IMG/VR virus record: IMGVR_UViG_3300003635_000005
Location: 1 to 50,476 of that record
DNA: 50,476 nt
DNA from: a virus
Taxonomy: Duplodnaviria > Caudoviricetes
Strand: one strand, 5' to 3'
Each line of letters opens with the position of its first letter. Within the stretch, counting starts at the first letter, position 1. Shown here in pieces: positions 36,899 to 44,360 of the stretch. The notes under the pieces were generated by a model, which had not been told where the DNA came from, ran no database searches, and saw nothing but the letters and a program-made list of their open reading frames with translations. The position numbers and the translations under genes were made by a program.

Positions 36899-37510
36899 AT
36901 GAGCCACAACAAGGGAGAGATTGACTATGCCGCCGTCAAGGTGCCGGAGGGCAAGCACCCGGAGGAGTATCATTATACGGAGCGCCGGGCCGAGATCTTG
37001 AGCAAGATCCGCAACGGCACCTCCCCGTGGGCACTCAATCAAACGGAGTTGGCCAAACGGTATGACGTGAGCCAACCGAGTATCCACAAGGATCTCAAGC
37101 GGCTCAAGACGTATCTCAAGGACCAACTCGGTGCGGACGCCGAGTTGGAGGCCAATGAGTTGTTTAGGGAGATAGTGACCACCATGCGTGAGGACGCCGC
37201 GGCGCTCCGCCAGCAAGGAGAGCGTGGGGAGGCCGCACGAGCGGAGAAAGGTGCCGCTCAAGTCCTCAACAAGTGGTATGATTGGCTCTTTGACGCCGGT
37301 ATCAAGGACCGTGCCCCGCGGCGGAGCGAGGTGGACGCCAATGTGCAAGTGGACAAGCGGGAGACCAAAGTGTATGCTGGCGTGGACGTGGGCCGGCTCC
37401 CCGGCATTGACGAGGCCCGCATGGTGGGCATGACGTTGGACGAGGACGAGAGCGAGGGTGGTGACGGATCCGCCGAGGATGACGAGGCCGTGGAGGTGGA
37501 GGTGGACTAA
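36899..37510 (+). CDS. HTH protein, candidate terminase small subunit
   Basis: LNQTELAKRYDVSQPSIHKDL HTH, helical middle and beta-strand tail; heads the block leading to TerL. Confidence 0.5.
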   Translation: MSHNKGEIDYAAVKVPEGKHPEEYHYTERRAEILSKIRNGTSPWALNQTELAKRYDVSQPSIHKDLKRLKTYLKDQLGADAELEANELFREIVTTMREDAAALRQQGERGEAARAEKGAAQVLNKWYDWLFDAGIKDRAPRRSEVDANVQVDKRETKVYAGVDVGRLPGIDEARMVGMTLDEDESEGGDGSAEDDEAVEVEVD

Positions 37511-37512
37511 AT

Positions 37513-38091
37513 GTGGCGTGGACGGATCTCCTCCCGCCGGTCTTTATCCTCGCGTGGGCCGCTTACAATTGGGTTTGCTACAAGTATCCCGAGAGAGTGC
37601 CCAACCCGTTTGGCCTCAACACTCACCGGCTTGACGCCAGCGAGGACGAGGACATGACGGCCAACGAGGAGTGGACGTGCCCGCGGTGCTTGACCACGTT
37701 TAGTGCTGGCCTTGGGGAGCCACCGCTTTGTGGGAGTTGCGAGGACGAGGCGCTCCTCACGGGCAACCCGGACCACCCTAACCCGCAACTATGGGCCAAC
37801 CGGCTTGACCCCGAGGAGCGAGACCAATTCAAGATAAAGCCGGTGTATCTCACGGTCAACGAGCGGCAAATAGTTGCCCGTGCCCTCGCGGAGTATCTTG
37901 ACAAGGCCGGGCAAATCCGTGGGTGCCCGGAGGCCGAGACGTGGGTGCGTGCGGCGTGGGCAATGCTGGTGGACATGGACGAGAGACTTGACGAGGCCGA
38001 GGAGCCGGAGCCGATTGACCACGAGGCGTGGCGTGAGGAGGTGCAAGAGCGCACCGGCACGGATCCGGTGACGGGCACCGAGGTGGAGTAA
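37513..38091 (+). CDS. Membrane-anchored zinc-finger protein
   Basis: N-terminal TM; CPRC..CGSC. Confidence 0.6.
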   Translation: MAWTDLLPPVFILAWAAYNWVCYKYPERVPNPFGLNTHRLDASEDEDMTANEEWTCPRCLTTFSAGLGEPPLCGSCEDEALLTGNPDHPNPQLWANRLDPEERDQFKIKPVYLTVNERQIVARALAEYLDKAGQIRGCPEAETWVRAAWAMLVDMDERLDEAEEPEPIDHEAWREEVQERTGTDPVTGTEVE

Positions 38092-38166
38092 CCATGCGTG
38101 GTTGCACCGTGAGACAAACCGCCGGGGAAAATCTCAAGGCGCAACCGCGGGAGGTTACATGACGTA

Positions 38167-38316
38167 ATGATGGACGCCACCGCGTTGCTGGCCGCCGGAG
38201 TTGCCGCCTTTCTCATTATCCTCAACGCTCTTGCGGTGGCCGTGGGATACGTGGTGGGCCGTCTCCACGAGCGGTGGAGCAAGATCCAAAACGAGCGTGA
38301 TGACCTCCGCGAGTGA
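38167..38316 (+). CDS. Small membrane protein (49 aa)
   Basis: One TM helix, open frame ATG 38167 to TGA 38316. Confidence 0.5.
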   Translation: MMDATALLAAGVAAFLIILNALAVAVGYVVGRLHERWSKIQNERDDLRE

Positions 38317-38380
38317 GGACAAATATCACAACAAGCGGAGAGTGCGAGGCTCTTTAACACTCGCTTACCATGGGTCTCCC

Positions 38381-38926
38381 ATGCAAGCCACCGAGGCCGA
38401 GGTGGAGGTGGACACCGGCACCATGCCCGAGACAAGGCCGGGCCTCCACGTCACAAAGGAGGGGAGACTCGTTGGCCACGCCGAGGTCAACGTGGAGTGG
38501 AGTGGTCCGGGTGACGGTGCCGCCGGGCCGGCAACCATTGACGAGATCCGCGAGGCCAGCGAGGAGTTACGTGCAAAGGGCAAGGATCTCCCGGACGTTT
38601 GGGAGGTGGACGAGGAGACCCACAAGGCGCTCAAGGCCGAGGCGGACGCAAAGGCCCGGCTCCCACCCAACGGCGTGGACGGCTCACCCGGCGCTCCCGG
38701 CGTGCCGTCTCACCCCAACGCACGGTGCGGCACCATGGAGGTGGAGGGAGTGCCCGTGGTCCAAACCGCCGTGGGTGCTGGCGGACGCAAGAGCACCACG
38801 AGCGGATCCGTGGACCTCAACATTGACGGTGACGTGACGGACGTGGACGTTGAGGAGGTGGCCCGCAAGGTGGCCGAGGAGGCCCGCCGGGCCAGCATGG
38901 GCCGGACGCCGGGAGGCCGCCGATGA
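38381..38926 (+). CDS. Hypothetical protein
   Basis: ATG ~28 nt after a CTCTTTAA box. Confidence 0.6.
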   Translation: MQATEAEVEVDTGTMPETRPGLHVTKEGRLVGHAEVNVEWSGPGDGAAGPATIDEIREASEELRAKGKDLPDVWEVDEETHKALKAEADAKARLPPNGVDGSPGAPGVPSHPNARCGTMEVEGVPVVQTAVGAGGRKSTTSGSVDLNIDGDVTDVDVEEVARKVAEEARRASMGRTPGGRR

Positions 38927-39384
38927 CGGACGAGGCGTGGGGTGAGGACGGCCCGCCGCTCCGTGCCACCGATGACGAGGAGGGCAAGGAGTGGGAGGAG
39001 CAAGAGGCCCGCGAGACGCCGGTGCCGGAGTATCGGTGCCTATGGTGCAAGATACCCATGGACGAGTGGGCCGAGGAGACCGAGAGTGTGGAGGTGGAGA
39101 CGGGTGAGGTGCTTTGTAGTGAGTGCCTCATGGATCTCCGGTATTACAAACGCTTTCTCACGGTCCAAATTGCGGCGCATGACGGGTTTGGCCCGGAGGT
39201 CCGCCGGCTCATGGGCAAGCACTTCAACAACATGGCGGAGGACATGGAGGATCTCTTTCCCGATGACAAGGACGCTTTCCTCCAACCGCCACGCAACTCC
39301 AACGCTCACGGACGGTCCTATGAGCACGGCGTGAGTGCGGACCCCGAGGACGTGGACGGTGACGAGTTTACCCGAGGCGGGTGA
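38923..39384 (+). CDS. Zinc-finger protein
   Basis: CLWC..CSEC. Confidence 0.65.
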   Translation: MTDEAWGEDGPPLRATDDEEGKEWEEQEARETPVPEYRCLWCKIPMDEWAEETESVEVETGEVLCSECLMDLRYYKRFLTVQIAAHDGFGPEVRRLMGKHFNNMAEDMEDLFPDDKDAFLQPPRNSNAHGRSYEHGVSADPEDVDGDEFTRGG

Positions 39385-39386
39385 GC

Positions 39387-39518
39387 ATGGGTGGGTATGA
39401 GTGCCCACTCCCGACTTGTGACAACGTGAGTGCGCTCTCGTGGCGTTGTGACGAGTGCGGCAAACTCTTTGAGGGCAAGGAGAGCAAGGTGAGCCGAGAC
39501 ACCAGCGTGGGCCGGTAA
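39387..39518 (+). CDS. Zinc-finger microprotein (43 aa)
   Basis: CPLPTC...CDECG. Confidence 0.55.
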   Translation: MGGYECPLPTCDNVSALSWRCDECGKLFEGKESKVSRDTSVGR

Positions 39519-39572
39519 GTCGGACCTACTCCGCGGGCAACCTCTTTAGCGGCGGGCCGTCATCACTCGTGC

Positions 39573-40067
39573 ATGGATCTCACGCATGGAGACAAGGTGG
39601 ACTCACGTTGCGGAGTGTGCCAAAAGGAGAGCAAGATAGGGCCGGAGACCATGGCCGTTGATTGGGTGACTCGCACCAACGGCACCCGGCTCTATGTGTG
39701 CCCGGACCACGCTCGTGCCCTCGGGAGGTTTGGCCGTGCGCTTGAGGATCTCCCGGAGACGCCAGCGGCGGACATATGCAACGGGTGCGGGCAACTCACG
39801 CTTGAGGATGACATGGGCAAGCCGCGAGTGTGCAACGAGTGCGCCGGGGAGAGCCTTGACGAGGCCGTGCTCACCAGCATGGGCCGTGACTCGCTCACGT
39901 TTGACGAGGCCATGGACGTGCTTGATGACCTCGTGGCCGAGGACGAGGAGGTGACGCCGGAGCAAGCCGCCGAGGCCGTGGAGCGGTGGAGCGGTATGCC
40001 CGTCACGCCAGCAATGGACGAGGATCCGGCGGACGAGGAGGACGAGGCCGAGGTCACGGAGGAGTGA
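39573..40067 (+). CDS. Double zinc-finger protein
   Basis: CGVC..CPDH, CNGC..CNEC; upstream GCGGGCAACCTCTTTA shared with 36849. Confidence 0.65.
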   Translation: MDLTHGDKVDSRCGVCQKESKIGPETMAVDWVTRTNGTRLYVCPDHARALGRFGRALEDLPETPAADICNGCGQLTLEDDMGKPRVCNECAGESLDEAVLTSMGRDSLTFDEAMDVLDDLVAEDEEVTPEQAAEAVERWSGMPVTPAMDEDPADEEDEAEVTEE

Positions 40068-40069
40068 CC

Positions 40070-40381
40070 ATGGTGGACGTATCGGATCTTACGTTTGTCG
40101 TTGAGATTGACGAGGAGCCGCTCATGGACGGGGTGGAGCATATCCGCGAGGACGTGCTCAAGAGCAAGCACAAGTGCCCGGAGTGCTCCACGGTGGCCAC
40201 GTTGGAGATTGAGACAAAGGCCAGCGTGACCGACGAGGGGAGCCGGGCCGTGGTGTTGGTGGGCACGTGCGATAATGGCGGGTGCGAGTGGGAGCACCGG
40301 CTCATGACCGGCGTGGGCATTACGATTGAGGGGCCGGTGCCGCAAGAGGATCCGGGAGAGTGGGAGTGGGGTGTAAAATGA
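40070..40381 (+). CDS. Zinc-ribbon protein
   Basis: CPEC..CDNGGC. Confidence 0.6.
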   Translation: MVDVSDLTFVVEIDEEPLMDGVEHIREDVLKSKHKCPECSTVATLEIETKASVTDEGSRAVVLVGTCDNGGCEWEHRLMTGVGITIEGPVPQEDPGEWEWGVK

Positions 40382-40614
40382 GCGAGATACCGCTTTACTC
40401 GTGGCGTGGGCACCTCGTTGAGGTGGAGATATGGGAGGGTCCGTATCAATATGATGACGGCATGGGTCACGTGACGGAGGTAAAGGAGGGAGAGACGGTG
40501 GCGCACGTCCACCTCCTCACCGTCAACCGCTCGTGGCACGTGCCATATGAGGATCTTGAGGAGCACGCGGAGCCGGTCAACCTCGCGGCGCTTGAGGAGT
40601 GTGGTGCCCGATGA
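40378..40614 (+). CDS. Hypothetical small beta-barrel protein
   Basis: ATGA overlaps; SH3-like pattern. Confidence 0.55.
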   Translation: MSEIPLYSWRGHLVEVEIWEGPYQYDDGMGHVTEVKEGETVAHVHLLTVNRSWHVPYEDLEEHAEPVNLAALEECGAR

Positions 40615-40916
40615 CCGACGAGTTGGGTGCGGAGTATCGGTATCTATGCACCACGTGCCACGAGATCCTTGACCCACGCGAGGTCCGCCAGCATACCGGG
40701 GAGTGCGCCGCCGTCTCCACGCTCTCCCGGTTGGATATGTGGCTCACGGACAACGTGGACTCGTGCCCGGAGTGCGAGGCCAGCGTGGAGGAGATCCGTC
40801 CGCCGCACCACGCTCATTGGATACCGTGGCACGAGGACGGAGCCGAGAGCGTGCTCCTCAAGCCGTGCGGGCACGAGGTGGACACCGAGGAGGTCATCAA
40901 TGAGCACGGAGAGTGA
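40611..40916 (+). CDS. Zinc-finger protein
   Basis: CTTC..H...C, CPEC..PCGH. Confidence 0.6.
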   Translation: MTDELGAEYRYLCTTCHEILDPREVRQHTGECAAVSTLSRLDMWLTDNVDSCPECEASVEEIRPPHHAHWIPWHEDGAESVLLKPCGHEVDTEEVINEHGE

Positions 40917-42571
40917 CCAACCGGAGGATAGGGGCCTCCGCAACGCCACGGTGTATGGCTTTGAGCCGCTTGAGTGGCAAGACCCCTTTATCCACACAAC
41001 GGCCCGCGAGGTGTTGGGGAGCGGCGCTTTCGGATCCGGTAAGAGCCGGGCACTCAACGAGCGTGGCGTGCTCTTGAGCATAGCCTATCCGGGCAATATC
41101 GGCCTCCTCACCCGTAACACGCTCAAGGCACTCCGCAACACCACGTTGGAAAACCTCCGCAACGAGGTGCTCCCTCGCTCGTGGATTATCCCGGAGTTGA
41201 CCAACCAGCAAAAGCAAGTCATTGCAATCCAATCCCCGCTTTACCCGGCCTCATATTGCCCGGAGTGTGGCCACGAGAGTGAGCGGCGCACGCACGAGGA
41301 GACGGTGGAGTGTCCGGCGTGCCACGAGGCGCTCCTTGAGGCGGTGCCGGCCTCACTAATCTATTATGACGGCCTCCAAACCACCGATGACGCCGACATA
41401 CCGGAGAATATCCTAAGCCTTGAGTTGGGGTGGATTGGCGTGGACGAGGCAAAGGACATTGAGGAGAGCGCGTGGAAAGCCCTCAACGGACGGCTCCGGT
41501 TGGAGCGCCTCAACAATCCGTATGTGCCGGAGTTGCCCTTTCGCACCATTTTCGGCACCACCAACCCGGCGGATCCTAACCATTGGCTCCACAAGCGATT
41601 TTATGAGGACGGCGTGGGGGAGTATTACGAAAGCGAGACCACGGACAACCTCGCAAATCTCCCCGATGACTATTTGCAAACGCTCAAGGAGCAATATGGT
41701 GAGGACACCAGCGAGGCGCTCCGGTATATCCGCGGCAAGTGGACGGGATACTCCGGCCTCGTGTTTGACGAGTTTAAGGACGAGATCCACCTCGTTGAGC
41801 CGTTGGACGTGCCGGAGATCCTCGGTGACGGGTGGACAGGAGGAGTTAGAGGCCAACGAGCAAGAGGTGAGTGAGCAAGTCGGGGTGCCCAACAAGCCGG
41901 GCCAATACACTCCGGCCCGAGTGTATCCTCCCGAGGACGCCAGCATACTCATGGCGATTGATTGGGGATATAGGCCGGACCCACTCGTGGTCCAATGGTG
42001 GGCACTCACCGAGACCCACGGCTTTGTGCTATATCGGGAGTGGTTCAAGAGCCGAGTGCTCCCCGATGACGCCGCACGGGAGTGCATGGATCTCATGGAG
42101 CCGTATGAGTGCAACAACGTGGTCCGGTGCTATGCGGACCATGATAGTGGAGACCGTGAGAGTTGGCTCAAGGGTGCCCGCGAGTATGTCAACGAGGGAG
42201 TGGAGGAGGGCCGGTGGGAGGGAGACACCAGCAAGCCGGATTGGCGGCGGGTGCAAACCACCGCCGCCGCAAAGGACCGGGAGAAAGGCGTGCAAGAGGT
42301 CAAGCGCCGCATGAGGCCGGACAAGCACAACCGGGCCGAGGTCCACCTCGTCAAGGGAGCGCGTGCTCACCAAATTGACCGGCAACTCAACTCCGCGGAC
42401 AAGCCGGGCCGCACCCTCGCGGAGATCCGCGGGTATGGGTATGAGGACGAGGATAGTGACAACCCGCAAGACGGCAATGACCACGGTGTTGACACCATGC
42501 GGTATTGCATTTACTCCCACCGTAAGAAGGGACGCACCAGCGGATCCGGCTCCTCCGTCATCAAGAGTTAG
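40900..42571 (+). CDS. terL: Terminase large subunit with zinc-ribbon insertion; frame broken at ~41835
   Basis: Walker A G.GAFGSGKS, Walker B IGVDEA and TTNP in the first frame; nuclease AIDWG and DHGVD..RY in the +1 frame. Confidence 0.9.
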
Positions 42572-42574
42572 TGC

Positions 42575-42643
42575 AACCTCGCACTATCTCACTCTCCGGT
42601 ATCTTTATGGTCTCCCCTACTCAAGGGATTGTATGGTGAGCCA
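42575..42643 (+). repeat. Cassette promoter/leader repeat, copy 4
   Basis: AACCTCGCACTATCTCAC.CTCCGGTATCTTTATGGTCTCCCCTACTCAAGG...GTATGGTGAGCCA. Confidence 0.95.
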
Positions 42644-44057
42644 CAACACCAACGCGGACGAGGAGGAGACGCTTGAGGAGCCAATCAAGATCCGGTGGAC
42701 GGGCAAGGCCCGTGACCGCCTCGGCGGGTGGGCACTTGACTTTGCCAACGCCGACGAGGACAACGGCATGGAGGCTTACGTGCGTGCGGACTCACGGCAA
42801 AAGACCAACGTGGTGCTTGAGACCGTGGAGGAGGCCGAGGCCGTTGCTGGTTTCATGAATAAGGTCATCGGTGAGGGTGGAGACTATGGCCGCACGTGGG
42901 TCAACGGAGCCGTGGACAACGCGGGCCAGCGAGTCCGCCGCGAGATTGTTGACGCCATGGCGGAGCGAGGGTTTGAGGTCTCCAACCTCACCAGCGTTTA
43001 CGGCCTCGCGTTTGAGGAGGCCGAGGAGCCGGACGTGGACGTGGAGGAGGGAGACACCGTGATTGACGAGGCCCATGACGTGACGGGCAACGTCACCGGC
43101 GTGGACGGCAACACCGTCCACGTGGAGTTTACCAACGGCGTGACCTCCGCCACCACCGTCTCGGGCCTCCTTGACGAGAGCAACCCGTGGACGCACGTGC
43201 CCGCCGAGGCGGACGAGGAGCCGGAGATCCGCACGGACGGCGGCGTGGCCACCGAGGAGGAGCGAGAGCCGGACGAGGCGGACGTGGACGTGCCGTGCGA
43301 GGAGGGAGACCGCGTGGCCGTTGAATACCACTCCGCTCACGTGGACCGCCGCAAGATCCTCGTGGGGAGCGTCAAGGAGGTGGTGCTCAAGGGAGCGCCG
43401 CGAGACGGAGAGTGGGTGGCCATGCTGGCGGAGATCTATGTCCGGCCCGAGGAGGGCCACCGCAATGACCGGAGTGAGCATTACACCGAGACCACGCGGA
43501 GCGCCATGCGCCGCGTGACGTGGGAGATTGAGGAGGACGAGGACCGCGGGTGGCACTCCGTGGAGGCCCGCAACGGCCTCCGGTGGAATAGGGTCAACGA
43601 GACCGGCACCCGGACGGAGATCTCCGTGCTGGCCGAGGACGAGGAGCCGCCGCACCCGGACAACGGCGTGGTGCTGGCGGTGGGCCTCCGGTGTCATCGG
43701 TGCAACGGCACCTCGTGCAAGGAGGTCACGGACCCCGAGACGGAGCCGCTCACGGGCACGCGGTGGGCTTGCCCTCATTGCCACGAGATTGATGACGAGA
43801 GCGGTGCCGAGATTGGCCAGCAATATGAGATCCTCGGGTGCAAGCCGGTCTCGCACGTGGACACCTCGTGGTCTCTCGCGGAGCACGAGGCGTTGGAGTG
43901 GGCCGCCTCACCAACGCGGTGGAGGGCTTTCACCGAGACGGTGCTCAAGGGCCGCAAGGCCACGGCCTATGCCGATGACGTGGACGTGACGCCGGGCACG
44001 GTTTACCGGCACGTGCATGACGCTCGTGAGGTGCTCAAGGGTGGTCTCAATGAGTGA
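42633..44057 (+). CDS. Cassette cargo protein, multi-domain (two SH3-like, zinc ribbon, C-terminal HTH)
   Basis: Starts MVSH in repeat copy 4; GDTV/GDRV modules; CHRC..CPHC; A...DV.PGTV.RHV..AR HTH-like tail. Confidence 0.75.
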   Translation: MVSHNTNADEEETLEEPIKIRWTGKARDRLGGWALDFANADEDNGMEAYVRADSRQKTNVVLETVEEAEAVAGFMNKVIGEGGDYGRTWVNGAVDNAGQRVRREIVDAMAERGFEVSNLTSVYGLAFEEAEEPDVDVEEGDTVIDEAHDVTGNVTGVDGNTVHVEFTNGVTSATTVSGLLDESNPWTHVPAEADEEPEIRTDGGVATEEEREPDEADVDVPCEEGDRVAVEYHSAHVDRRKILVGSVKEVVLKGAPRDGEWVAMLAEIYVRPEEGHRNDRSEHYTETTRSAMRRVTWEIEEDEDRGWHSVEARNGLRWNRVNETGTRTEISVLAEDEEPPHPDNGVVLAVGLRCHRCNGTSCKEVTDPETEPLTGTRWACPHCHEIDDESGAEIGQQYEILGCKPVSHVDTSWSLAEHEALEWAASPTRWRAFTETVLKGRKATAYADDVDVTPGTVYRHVHDAREVLKGGLNE

Positions 44058-44316
44058 GCACGTCACCGCGGAGGTCCGCGAGGACATTAGTGCGGCCCTC
44101 GGCCCGCTCATGGAGGAGGACGTGGAGGAGTTGCGGTTGGAGGATCTTGAGCACGCCATGGAGGCCATGGACGCCGTGCGCTCCCGCGGCGTGAGCACGG
44201 ACAATGGCCTCCTCGTCAAGGCGGCGGAGCACGTGCAAGAGCAAGTCCGCGAGGAGTTGGTGCGCCGCCAGCGTGAGCGGCACGAGCGTGACGCCGAGGC
44301 GGGCCGCCAGCGGTAA
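44050..44316 (+). CDS. Hypothetical helical protein (cassette cargo)
   Basis: Overlapping start. Confidence 0.6.
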   Translation: MSEHVTAEVREDISAALGPLMEEDVEELRLEDLEHAMEAMDAVRSRGVSTDNGLLVKAAEHVQEQVREELVRRQRERHERDAEAGRQR

Positions 44317-44330
44317 GGCCGGACTAACAC

Positions 44331-44346
44331 TTACGTGAGAGCGCCG
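44331..44346 (+). promoter_or_regulatory. Restart promoter core TTACGTGAGAGCGCCG
   Basis: Same 12-mer core as L1/L2, 26 nt before ATG 44361. Confidence 0.7.
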
Positions 44347-44360
44347 TCTCGGTGCTCTCA

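Noticed and set aside
41240-41345. Insertion in TerL as an intein
   Set aside because: Too short and lacks intein terminal motifs; the CxxC pairs indicate a zinc ribbon.
2978-42643. Dispersed 70-bp repeats as CRISPR repeats, IS ends or att sites
   Set aside because: Not in a regularly spaced array; no cas, transposase or integrase gene recognised; they contain a TATA box and start codon.
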